From NCBI GenBank assembly GCA_000092065.1, contig CP000592.1: DNA of 64,000 nt; one strand, 5' to 3'. Position numbers and translations under genes: made by a program. The notes under the pieces are model-generated. The model was given only the letters and a program-made list of their open reading frames with translations, was not told the origin of the DNA and did not search any database. The DNA is from Ostreococcus lucimarinus. Taxonomy: Eukaryota. Shown here in pieces: positions 28,587-38,126 of this stretch (within the stretch, counting starts at the first letter, position 1; each line of letters begins with the position of its first letter).

Positions 28587-29591
28587 CTACGCCGCGGTCG
28601 ACGACGAGGAATAATTAATCGCGCTGTCGCCGACGGCGTAATCGCCGCGAAGATCAGTCGGGGCGATCGAACCGTCGCGAGGGGGCACGGTCAGGTCGAC
28701 GCATCGAACCTGCCCGAGCTCGAACGGGTAGTCGAGGTGGTGGCGGGAGAGGTCGGTGCCGTTCAACGCGGCGGCGAAGACGCTGAGGGTGTCCTGATGG
28801 GAGACGATGATGATGTCTTCGCCGTAATACGTGGCTTCGAGACGCGTGAACGCCTCGAGGGCGCGTCGATAAATGTCTAAGCACGACTCCACGCTCGCCG
28901 ACGGTTGCAACGAACTCGGCACCGGAGGCGGCGTCGAGGAGGGGTCGTCGAAATCGTTCTTCCAAACGTCAACCCACGCCTCTTGCGAGCCGAAATCCAA
29001 CGCACCCATCTTTCTCGGATCTAATAACCCGCTAAACTCGGTGCGCATCTGCGAAAACAACAGCCCGATCTCTTCCCTGAGCACCAACGCGCTTTGAAAC
29101 GACCGCTGAAAATTCGACGTGTACAACCACGCCGGCGCGCCGTCGAAATCCCTTAAAATAGTCTTCGCCGCCTCTTGCATCTGCGCTCGGCCTCTCGCCG
29201 TCAGCCCGAACGTGGTGTCGTACTTGAAGCTCGGGTTACTCAAAATCATCCCCCCGTTCCGCACGTCCAGCACCGATTCTCCGTGCCTCACGAAGAAGTA
29301 TCTGTTGTGGAGCCGACTCGGTAAATCTATGAACGCCCGCGCCGGCGCCGCGCCGATCTCGCCCGCCCCGACCGCGCCCACGAGCGCGATCCCTCTCCCC
29401 AGCGCTCCTCGCCTGCTCACGCCGTCCTCGCGCGTCGTCGCGCCGCTTCGCGCCCCCTCGCCGTCTCGCGATGTCCCGCGCGCGCGCGCGCGTCGACGTC
29501 CATCCGCGCGTCCTCGCGACGTCTTTCGCGCGCGTCGCGGCGTCGACGGACGCGCGATCGTCGGAGACGAGTTCGCACGCGCGCACGGCAT
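28587..29591 (-). CDS. Histidine-phosphatase (PGAM-like) protein with a bipartite plastid / twin-arginine thylakoid-lumen presequence
   Basis: RHG motif YFFVRHGESVLDVRNG. It is preceded by SRRGALGRGIALVGAVGAGEIGAAPARA (an RR followed by a hydrophobic core and AxA, Tat-like). The track start at 29765 is a GTG. The first ATG is near 29591 (MPCARANSS...). Confidence 0.5.
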   Translation of the reverse strand: MPCARANSSPTIARPSTPRRARKTSRGRADGRRRARARGTSRDGEGARSGATTREDGVSRRGALGRGIALVGAVGAGEIGAAPARAFIDLPSRLHNRYFFVRHGESVLDVRNGGMILSNPSFKYDTTFGLTARGRAQMQEAAKTILRDFDGAPAWLYTSNFQRSFQSALVLREEIGLLFSQMRTEFSGLLDPRKMGALDFGSQEAWVDVWKNDFDDPSSTPPPVPSSLQPSASVESCLDIYRRALEAFTRLEATYYGEDIIIVSHQDTLSVFAAALNGTDLSRHHLDYPFELGQVRCVDLTVPPRDGSIAPTDLRGDYAVGDSAINYSSSSTAA

Positions 29592-29772
29592 CGCGCGCGT
29601 CGACGCGTGACGCCCGTCGTCGCCGTTCGCGCGCGCATCGTGCGCCGACACGCGCCAGCCATCGCAACCGTCACGAGGTCCGAGTTTAGCGCTACATGCC
29701 GAGTCTCGCACCGTCGTATGGGTAAACAGTCGGAACCGTCGGACGGCGGCGCGTCGACGGCACACGGCGACG

Positions 29773-30731
29773 ATGCGCGCGCGACGACGACGCGACGGCG
29801 ACGACGGCGACGACGAGGACGCGCGCGATGATGACGTCGATCGCGACGACGACGACGACGCGTCGACCGACGACGACGACGACGGCGAACGCGGGATGGA
29901 TTCGGACGACGAACTCGAGCGCGAGATGGCGGCGCTGGAATCGGTGAAACGCGAGCGCGCGGGCGCGCGGGACGGCGCGACGGCGAGGAAGAGTTACGCG
30001 AACAATGAAAAGGGGTTGGAGGCGAGCCTGGAAGGTGCGACGCGACGCGACGCGCGGCGGATGAGGGAAGGATGGGATGGGACGGGAACGGGACGGAGGC
30101 GCGCGCGGGGTTGTCGAGACCGAACGCGAAGACTGACGACGACGGTGATGGAACCGCGCGGTGCGGCGTAGATTTTAAATGGACGCATAAGGCGAAATGG
30201 ATCGATCACATGACGATCACGGGGACGAATGCGGAGCGCGTGGTGGATGTGAACGACGACTTGACGAGGGAAACGTTTTTTTACGAGCGAGCGTTGGAGA
30301 GCGCGAACGAGTGCGTGCGACGGTTGAAAGATCTCGGAGTTCCCGTGCGAAGACCGGATGATTACTACGCTGAAATGGTGAAGAGCGATGAGCACATGAA
30401 GCGCGTGCGAAGTGAGTTATTGTTCGAGCAACAACAGTTGGAGATTCGCGAGGAGCGCAGGAAAGCGCGCGAATCGAAAAAGTACGGTAAACAAGTGCAA
30501 GCCGAGAAGATCAAGCAACGAACGCTCGACAAGAAATCGCAAATTAAAAGTTTGGATAAGTGGAGGAAGCAGCGCCAGAAGAGTGGGTTCGCGGACGACG
30601 GCAAGGCGCCGTTCGAGGGCGCGGGTGGCGACGCCAAGCGCAAGCGCGAGGATCGGGATTCCAAATACGGCTTCGGTGGACGTAAAAAGGTACGTGCGAT
30701 GCTCTCGTCGAAACGCGCGCGAAGATGTTAG
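29773..30731 (+). CDS. EBP2: rRNA-processing protein EBP2. Predicted 2 exons: 29773..30034 and 30172..30731.
   Basis: Exon 1 (ATG at 29773) is an acidic N-terminus ending ...NNEKGLEASLE. Exon 2 carries the conserved Ebp2 domain: KWIDHMTITGTNAERVVDVNDDLTRETFFYERALESANECVRRLKDLGVPVRRPDDYYAEMVKSDEHMKRV, with a ...KYGFGGRKK tail. The two frames are joined by a 137-nt GTGCGA...GTAG intron (30035..30171) in phase 1. Confidence 0.6.
30035..30171 (+). other. Predicted spliceosomal intron of EBP2 (GT...AG, 137 nt)
   Basis: It joins the frame of ORF 29773..30171 to the frame of ORF 30072..30731 exactly at the conserved domain boundary. Confidence 0.5.
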
Positions 30732-31117
30732 TATTTCCGTCAATTTTTCGTTTTTTTCTCATTTCGGTGGACCCTGGGGTGCTGCCCGCATCCCAGGATG
30801 TCAACGCGACGAGGCGTCGAAACTCCACGACGTATATCTCTACGTAAACACCGTATATAGACTCTTCGGTCGTAGGCTCTTCTCACGAAGACGCCTCCCG
30901 AAAGAGCAGGACCATATTCCATTGCCTAGGCGGGCGCGACGTCGTCGCAATTACGTCACGGGACAGACCATGGGCCTGTTATCACAGAGCCTCGCTCGCT
31001 CGCGTTCGCGTCCTCGGCGGAGAACTTTCTTCGCTCAAACATTCGACTGACGGCCGCGCTCATCATTTTTCATCATCGTAGACGGCGAAACGAAACGATA
31101 AATTCAGCGCGAACGAC

Positions 31118-31246
31118 ATGTCCGACTACAAGCCTTCTTCGTTCGATAAGGACATCAGAAGCGGCAAGACGGGCGGTTTATACGTCAAAGGTCGCGGCGG
31201 CGGTCGCGGCGGCGGTCGCGGCGGCGGTCGCGGCGGTCGTCGATGA
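31118..31246 (+). CDS. Candidate small ORF encoding a 42-aa RGG-repeat peptide (MSDYKPSSFDKDIRSGKTGGLYVKGRGGGRGGGRGGGRGGRR)
   Basis: An ATG-initiated ORF sits in an otherwise empty 560-bp lower-GC intergenic interval. Its C-terminus is encoded by a (ggtcgcggcggc)4 tandem repeat. There is no homology call. It could be an exon of a larger unannotated gene or non-coding. Confidence 0.2.
   Translation: MSDYKPSSFDKDIRSGKTGGLYVKGRGGGRGGGRGGGRGGRR
31191..31243 (+). repeat. 12-bp tandem repeat (ggtcgcggcggc), about 4 copies
   Basis: Direct read. Confidence 0.6.
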
Positions 31247-31295
31247 CGAATCGTCCGTGTTAATATCCAAAACTAGACTAGAGAACCTACCACCC

Positions 31296-31813
31296 CTACG
31301 CGAGAAATCGATCGTCGTCTTCGTCGTCGCCGAATCGACACTCGTCCCTGCGTCCCAAGATCGAGTACCGATTATCCGCCACGCGATCGTACACCCAATC
31401 CCCCACCACCCGAGGCACCGCCCACATCGCCACTCGCGCCGCCCCCCCGAACGGCGCCCCCAACAAATCTCTCCCTATGCGCAGTATCGCCTCCGACTTC
31501 GCGTACGCCGTCCCGCTCGCCTCCACGTACACGATGCTGCTGATGTCGTCCGCGTCCCGTCCCGCCTCCACCAACAGCGCGCGCCCGACGGACGATTGCA
31601 GCGCGGCGAACCGCACCGACCCCCTCGCGCGGTCTCGATCGTGCCGCAGCGCGAAGTTCACCGCCCCGTTGCACAGATTGCACACGCCGTCGTACAGCAC
31701 GATTCCGCGGTCGTCGCTCGCGAACAGCGCGCGCGACCGCGGTTCGCTCGCGGCTCGCGTCGCGCACGCGCGTCGTCGCGCGCGCGTCGTCGCGGGCGCT
31801 CGACGCGTCGCCG

Positions 31814-31846
<33 letters not shown>

Positions 31847-31850
31847 GCAT
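31296..31850 (-). CDS. Thiol-disulfide oxidoreductase DCC family (DUF393). The start was moved to the internal ATG at 31850.
   Basis: It has the IVLYDGVCNLCNGAVNFALRHD motif (YDGxCxLC) and a poly-Thr N-terminus: MPTTTTTTTTTTAAT. Codons 1-271 of the track ORF 31296..32663 are R/S-rich and antisense to the FMO gene. Confidence 0.65.
31815..31846. repeat. (cgt)n trinucleotide tract encoding the Thr10 run at the N-terminus of the minus-strand DCC gene
   Basis: Direct read. It is the mirror image of the (acg)n tract at about 32025-32064 in the divergent FMO gene. Confidence 0.6.
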
Positions 31851-31873
31851 CGCGTCACACACTGGCGCGCCGC

Positions 31874-32028
31874 ATGCGCGCCGCGCGGGTCGGGACGCGC
31901 GACGCGCGCGGGACGACGACGACGACGCGCGTCGGTGGCGTCGGTGGCGTCGTCGCGCGTCGCGCGCGTCGCGTCGCGGTCGCGATGCGCGCGGCGCGCG
32001 TGAAAGATGATGACGCCGACGCCGAACA

Positions 32029-32064
<36 letters not shown>

Positions 32065-33421
32065 ACGACGCGCGCGCGTCGCGATCGTCGGCGCGGGCGC
32101 CGCGGGACTGAGCGCGCTGCGCGCGATGCGACGCCAAGGTCACGACGCGCGCGCGTTCGAGGTTGCGGATTCGCTGGGAGGGACGTGGCGGTACGACGGC
32201 GACGAGGCGACGGCGTCGAAATCAAAGGCGCCGACGCCGATGTACGCGTCGTTGCGAACGAATCTGCCGCGAGAGGTGATGGGATTTCGAGAATTTCCGT
32301 TCGACGCGACGGGCGAGCGCGGTGGCGATATGCGACGGTTTTGCGGACGCGAGGAGGTGCGAAGGTATTTGCAGAGGTACGCGGAGACGTTTGGGCTCGA
32401 AAGATTCGTGGAGTACGACGCGCGGGTGACGTCGGTGGTGCGCGCGGTGCGGGAGAGCGCGGAAGAGGAGGCGCGGTGGTCGAGCGCTTGGGAAGTGGTG
32501 TGGAAGAGCGGAAAAGACGATGAGACGCGGCGGGAAATGTTCGACGCCGTAGTCGTCGCGAACGGGCACTACAACGAGCCACGAGTGCCGGAATTCGACG
32601 GTGCGCAGACGTGGCCGGGGGAACGAATGCACAGTCACGAGTACAGGATTCCCAATGACACACGCTTCGTCGGGAAGAAGGTGTTGCTCATAGGCGCGAT
32701 GGCGAGCGGAGAAGATATCTCGCGGGAAATCGCCGAAGTCGCTTCGACGGTGTACTTGTCGGCGCGCACGTGGCAAAATCCCGAATGGGCCAAATCCACC
32801 GAGGGCATCGGCGCCCGCGGGAATATTTTCCGTAAACCAAACGTGAAACGATTCGAGTCCGATGGTTCGGTGGTTTTCGAAGATGACACGGTTGCGGCAG
32901 ACTGCGACGTGTGCGTGTTTTGTACAGGTTACAAGTATCGTTTTGAATTTCTGCCGCAGGATTTGGTCTCGGTGGAAGATAACTACGTCGCGCCGTTGTA
33001 CGAGCATTGCATTTCGGTCAATGCACCGTCCATGTCGTTCGTCGGTTTGCCGTGGAAAGTCGTGCCATTTCCAATGTTCGAACTACAGAGTGAGTGGATA
33101 GCGCGCATGCTCTCCGGAGTCGTGCCGATGCCGACGCGTGAAGAGTGCGCTCGAGGTGCGGCTGAACTCGATGCGAAGCTCGAGCCTCACGGCGAAATTC
33201 CGCGAAGACACGCGCACATGTTCGGTGACGCGCAGTTCGCGTACAACGATCGCATCGCGAGCTTGGCTGGGGTGGAAGTGCACGCGAGCTGGCGAGCTCG
33301 AATGTACAAGGCGACCGGACAAAACAAGCGAGCGCATCCCGAAAAGTATCGCGACGCGAACATGCCGGACGCGGCCGAACTGGAGGAAGCGCGGCGCGAG
33401 TTTGAAACAATTGTATATTAG
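31874..33421 (+). CDS. Flavin-containing monooxygenase (FMO)
   Basis: 515-aa ORF with a true ATG at 31874. A second in-frame ATG lies at 31985. It has the FAD fold RVAIVGAGAAGLSALRA, the FMO-identifying motif WPGERMHSHEYR (FxGxxxHxxxY), and the NADPH fold KKVLLIGAMASGEDIS. A Thr11 tract lies near the N-terminus. Confidence 0.7.
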
Positions 33422-33469
33422 ATTGATTCTGTTGCTGCATTTTAAATATTGATGACCGGTAGAGTAGTT

Positions 33470-36100
33470 TTATGCTAACTCGCGCAGGAGGTTGCCCAGA
33501 CCTTTTCGACTTTGCTGCATAATGGATGAAAAAATCCCTTCCTGCTCTTCGTCTTCGAACGTATCGACTTTGATCTCGCCCCAGTCTATTTTTCCTTTAC
33601 CTCTGTCAGAGTTCAACGCACGAAGAGTGGGTAAACTGACGGGGAGATAGGTGAAGCGCGCGACTGGCTTTGCCGAGGCGGCGCTCGCCCCAGTCGCGGG
33701 CTTGATGGACGTGTCTTGATACAAGTTGGACAGTTGAACGAAACCGCCGAGCAAAACAGCGCATCGTCTGTAGGCGCGACGTTCATTGTCCAAAATATAA
33801 GGCTCATACGTCGCCCAATCGATCGGGTCGAGCGCACTCGTGAGGCGATTTTGCACGTCGTTGACTCGAGACGTATCCTTCATCGCGAGCACGTCCATGG
33901 CAAATTTGACATCCAAAAGCAGCTGTAACGTACCCTTTTCCGAACGAAGAGGTCGAGCGAGCGCATCAATGTACGCTTGCAAAAGACCATCGGCGAGAGA
34001 AGTAGCGAGCATGCGAATAGCAGATCTTGGTAGGAGGTGTCCGCCAACGCGCTGTGCTTCCTGTAACGCGCCGTGCAGAGACGTGAGCACGTAGGACGAC
34101 GGCGTCGCTGGAAGCCGAAGCTGCAATCCTTCGCTGTTCTTATCCGTCACTTCTTCCCAACACGAAGGCGTCGTGTCAGACGCCAACGAGTCATCCGAAC
34201 TCAACGCCGCTCTGAATGTGCGAACGGTGTCGGCGGCGCAGTTGTTCACCCACACCTCATATCCAGCGTTCATCGCGTTCTCAAACTCTGTCTTGACGCC
34301 CTCGATTTTCGCACTTTCAGATTCTTTTGGTTTCTTCAACCCTCGTAGTGTTCGCGCGGGTTTGATGATCAACTCCGCGGATTCGTCGTACTTTGGCCAC
34401 ACGTTCGCTGGTTTCAAAAGCACGGTTGTCTCTTTGACGACATCCATAACGGCGGCCGCGAGATGTCCTATCATCAACGCCCCGTTCACCTCCGTAGGCT
34501 GCGTACTGATTTTGGACAAAAGGTACTGAGCTAAATCTACCAAACCCTTGTGCGCGCACGCATGAATGTGCTCGGCTAATTTCGCGAGTCGACCTTCAAC
34601 GTCGGCGTTGCCGCCGATGTGAATGCCGTGCAGCTTCAAAGCGTCTTTCCTCACCGTAAGCATAATCTTATTCATGCTTCGCGCCACGGCGCGCGCACAT
34701 TTGATATCATCAGGAACACTGACGATTTCATCCTTTGACGCGCTCGAGCTCGACCACATCGAAGATTCTTTGCGAGAATCAGTGGAATTCTTTTTGAGCG
34801 CGTCCACGAGCGCCGCGTCGACTTGCGGTTTGATGACGGCGAACGACAACGACTTCTTGAACAGAGCAAATGCTTGCTGAAGCCAAGGTTGCTCGAATAA
34901 TGTAGGCCAAAGATTGATTTTGCGGTTGAAAAGCGTGGCGCAGGATTCTTCCCACTCCTTCTCATCGCTCGCGCACGTGGCTTCGAGCGCGGCAAGTTCG
35001 GCGCAGCTTGACATCTTCCCAAATACCGCGACACCCCTCAGCGAGATATCGCGCCCCAATCGATCCAACCACGCCAAACACGCATCACTCACCACACTAC
35101 TGCTCAAAGTTTCTAACTTTTCCCTCCTTTGCTTCGTGGACGCCTGAAACTGCTCCCATTCGACGTGCGGTTCGAAGACGCCTTGGAACAAGTCATCCAC
35201 AGTGAGCGATTTAGCCGTATTCGAAGCGATCAAAGCCTTCTCTCCCGCAAAAATTTCGAAGCAAAGCTGCAACACGTGCTTGATATCCGCCATAAGTGCC
35301 ATCAGACGCTTATTCAACGACTCTTGCGTCACCGTGGAGCCCGCGATGTCGCGAAGGCACGCGCGTACCCATGCTTGACGCGTTTGCAACAGCAGTGTCA
35401 ACGCCTGCGTCGCGCTCAAATTCTCCATCATCACGAGCGCTTTCAGCGCGCTCACAACCTCTGACACGCGCAATCCAGAACGCTCCAGTCCCGCTCGAGC
35501 GCGTTTAGAAACGCGCGCCTTGAAGCTATTCAGCGCAGTCGCCTGTTGTCGCGCCACCGGAAAAGTCGTGTACAGCGCCTCCGCCCGCCCTTTCCCGCGG
35601 GTCATCTCATCTAACATCTCCACCGACGCCATCAACCGTATCGCCGCTTCCTCGTACGCGCAATCCTCCAACAGCCCCCACATTTTCTCTGGCGTGTCCA
35701 ACAAAAATTTTACTCGACTCCCTCGCTCCACCGCCGCCGCCCTTCGCGCGTCCTCCTCCCCGATCTCCCGCTCACTCGATCTATCCACGCTTTCATTCAT
35801 CTCCCGCAGCGCGCGCTCGATCTCCCTCGACGTCTGCGCCACGCTCCGTGACGTTTCTTCGATGATTTCCAGCGCCTCCACCGTCGCGATCGCATCTTTA
35901 TACGACTCCCCGAGCAATTTCCTGCGCGTTCGGAGCGCGTCGGTCAGTCCAGGACGTCGATCGCGTCGCGTGCGCACGCACCGCAGCGCCTCGGCCTTTT
36001 CTCGCGCTTCGCGACGCGTCCGGGCTTCGACTTCTCTGATCTCGTCTAACGTCCTGTTTTTAAACAGCGCCTCCGCGTTCGCCTCCATCGTCGTCGTCAT
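33470..36100 (-). CDS. COG1: Conserved oligomeric Golgi complex subunit 1 (COG1)
   Basis: 876-aa ORF with ATG at 36100. The N-terminal Vps51/COG1 domain reads ALFKNRTLDEIREVEARTRREAREKAEALRCVRTRRDRRPGLTDALRTRRKLLGESYKDAI. The rest is a long alpha-helical body of the size expected for COG1. Confidence 0.55.
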   Translation of the reverse strand: MTTTMEANAEALFKNRTLDEIREVEARTRREAREKAEALRCVRTRRDRRPGLTDALRTRRKLLGESYKDAIATVEALEIIEETSRSVAQTSREIERALREMNESVDRSSEREIGEEDARRAAAVERGSRVKFLLDTPEKMWGLLEDCAYEEAAIRLMASVEMLDEMTRGKGRAEALYTTFPVARQQATALNSFKARVSKRARAGLERSGLRVSEVVSALKALVMMENLSATQALTLLLQTRQAWVRACLRDIAGSTVTQESLNKRLMALMADIKHVLQLCFEIFAGEKALIASNTAKSLTVDDLFQGVFEPHVEWEQFQASTKQRREKLETLSSSVVSDACLAWLDRLGRDISLRGVAVFGKMSSCAELAALEATCASDEKEWEESCATLFNRKINLWPTLFEQPWLQQAFALFKKSLSFAVIKPQVDAALVDALKKNSTDSRKESSMWSSSSASKDEIVSVPDDIKCARAVARSMNKIMLTVRKDALKLHGIHIGGNADVEGRLAKLAEHIHACAHKGLVDLAQYLLSKISTQPTEVNGALMIGHLAAAVMDVVKETTVLLKPANVWPKYDESAELIIKPARTLRGLKKPKESESAKIEGVKTEFENAMNAGYEVWVNNCAADTVRTFRAALSSDDSLASDTTPSCWEEVTDKNSEGLQLRLPATPSSYVLTSLHGALQEAQRVGGHLLPRSAIRMLATSLADGLLQAYIDALARPLRSEKGTLQLLLDVKFAMDVLAMKDTSRVNDVQNRLTSALDPIDWATYEPYILDNERRAYRRCAVLLGGFVQLSNLYQDTSIKPATGASAASAKPVARFTYLPVSLPTLRALNSDRGKGKIDWGEIKVDTFEDEEQEGIFSSIMQQSRKGLGNLLRELA

Positions 36101-36299
36101 CGCGCGGCGCGAACGGAAGCGTCTACTTCGCGCGCGTCACGCGATCGCGGCGCGCGCGGGCGCGGGCGCGCGCTCGATCGACGCGAGCGTCGCGAAATGA
36201 CGCGAAACGCCGATTCGCGTCGAGCCGCGTCACTGCGCGTCGCGCGCGGCCCTCTCGAGCGCGCGTCCGCGCGCGAGCCCGTCGCGAGGCGACGGAAAA

Positions 36300-37011
36300 A
36301 TGTGCGATGAAAACTGGCGCGCGGACGACGCGACGGGGTGCGCGTGGCGGCAGGACGAGACGACCGTGACGGTCAAAGTCGCACCCGTGCGGTCGCTCGC
36401 GATGGACCGCGCCGAGCGATGGGACGCGCGAGGTGCGCTCGGCGCGACGCGCGCGGGCGCTCGCGCGCGTTTGATCGCGCTCGCGTCGTCGACTGACGAG
36501 ATCTGCGATGACGAGCGCAGGGACGTCGGCGCGTCTCGCGCTGTCGGCGCCGCCGTACTCGTGGCGCGCGGATTTATACGACGACGTCGAGACGCGCACG
36601 ATGACGATCGAGCGCACCGCGCGCGAGGTGATTTTTCACTGCGTTAAAAAGGTTTCGAAAGTTTGGCCGCGCCTGACCGCGGTTGGACGCGCGGAAGATA
36701 TTGAGAGACGTCGCGTGGACGCGGAACGCGAGGCGGCGGCGAATGCAGAGCTCGCCGAAGCGGAGCGCGCGATGGAAAAGCGTCGTTTGGCGCGGGTATT
36801 TCTCGAAAAACAATGGGCGATCGACGACCGTCGCGCTATTGCGCGCGCGTGTGCGCCGATATCGTCCGCTGTGGCTGAAATGCGTCCGAGATGCGTCACG
36901 CGGCTGCCGGCGTTTGACGCCGCGCGCGGCTCGAAACCGCCGCGCACGCGCATCGAGATTGACGTCGTCTTCACCCCGACCGCGCGCCTCCCCGCGCGCC
37001 ACGCGCGGTGA
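36300..37011 (+). CDS. CS-domain (p23/HSP20-like) protein. Predicted 2 exons: 36300..36432 and 36521..37011.
   Basis: Two overlapping frames carry the two halves of a CS domain. The first is ...CAWRQDETTVTVKVAPV.... The second is ...PPYSWRADLYDDVETRTMTIERTAREVIFHCVKKVSKVWPRL (cf. DYX1C1 FEAFLYAPIDDES..IVFTLYKKEAAMWETL). An 88-nt GTGCGC...GCAG intron (36433..36520) joins them in frame, followed by a coiled coil. Confidence 0.4.
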
Positions 37012-37226
37012 GAAAAGAGCCACGCGTGCCATGCTCAGTGGGGGGCGACCGTCCTCGTCAGCAACTTTGAAACTGTGGAAAAACCGGTCGGTCGCCATCC
37101 AATCATCGGCGTCGCGCGTGTCTCTGTACGCGCACATAGACGTATTGTAAAGCTGATTAATTCTAAGAAGGAGGGTCGTCGGCCGCGCGACGGCGCGCGC
37201 GACACCGCGCCGCGACGCCGCGGCGC

Positions 37227-38006
37227 ATGGCGCCTCCGCGCGTCGCGCGCGCCGCGTATCGCGCGCTCGTGCGCGTCGCGCGCGCGCTCGAGCGCGAGCG
37301 CGTCCGCGCGCGCGCGAAGACGGCGCTAGAGCTGTGCACCGAGCGCGAACTGTCGACGCTCGAGGGCGCGCTCGGGGCGCGCGCGATGCGGCGCGCGCGG
37401 ACGCGCGGAGGCGCGACGACGACGACGGACGTCGTTCGGGACGCGTTTCGAGCGCGCGCGAGCGGCGAGGACGACGACGCGCGCGTGGACGCGGCGCTGA
37501 CGGCGCTGGGGACGCTGCGGCGACGCGCGAGGTGGTTGGGCGAGACGCCGACGCGCGCGACGAGCGAGCGCGCGACGGAGGGCGTGCGGGTCAAGGTGCG
37601 GGCGAGACTGATGCCCGATCAGACGGTGCCGGCGATCGGGCGGTTCGCGTACGCGTACGAGGTGGAGATCGCGAACGAGGGGAACGACGAGGCGGTGCAG
37701 GTGGTGTCGAGAGAGTGGCGCGTGCGGGACGAGAGCGGCTTCGAGGAGACCATCTCGGGGAACGGCGTCGTCGGCGAGCAGCCGACGCTCGCGAAGGGGG
37801 AGACGTTTCGTTACGCGTCGGCGTGCGTGCTGAAACGCGAGCGAGGGAGCATGTCTGGGAAGTACACGTGCGTTTTCCAAGAGTCGCGGCGAATCGTCGA
37901 CGTCGTCGTGGCGCCGTTCGCGTTGACGCCTCGCGAGCGCGACGACGTCGAGGACGACGACGTCGAGATTCGAAACGATTCTTCCGTCGTCGAGGCGATC
38001 GATTGA
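37227..38006 (+). CDS. ApaG-domain (DUF525) protein
   Basis: 259-aa ORF with ATG at 37227. The ApaG fold reads VKVRARLMPDQTVPAIGRFAYAYEVEIANEGNDEAVQVVSREWRVRDESGFEETISGNGVVGEQPTLAKGETFRYAS. Confidence 0.7.
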   Translation: MAPPRVARAAYRALVRVARALERERVRARAKTALELCTERELSTLEGALGARAMRRARTRGGATTTTDVVRDAFRARASGEDDDARVDAALTALGTLRRRARWLGETPTRATSERATEGVRVKVRARLMPDQTVPAIGRFAYAYEVEIANEGNDEAVQVVSREWRVRDESGFEETISGNGVVGEQPTLAKGETFRYASACVLKRERGSMSGKYTCVFQESRRIVDVVVAPFALTPRERDDVEDDDVEIRNDSSVVEAID

Positions 38007-38126
38007 TTCGCGCGCGCGCGCGTTGTTTCCACATTCATTCATCGTCGTACCGACGCCGTCTCGTCGCCTCTCGTCGCCGTCGCGACGCGATTTCGCGCGA
38101 CTTCGCGACGCGAGCGACGCGAAGAC

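Noticed and set aside
31851-32663. N-terminal 271 codons of ORF 31296..32663
   Set aside because: They are R/S/P-rich and antisense to the FMO gene. The DCC-domain protein starts at the internal ATG at 31850.
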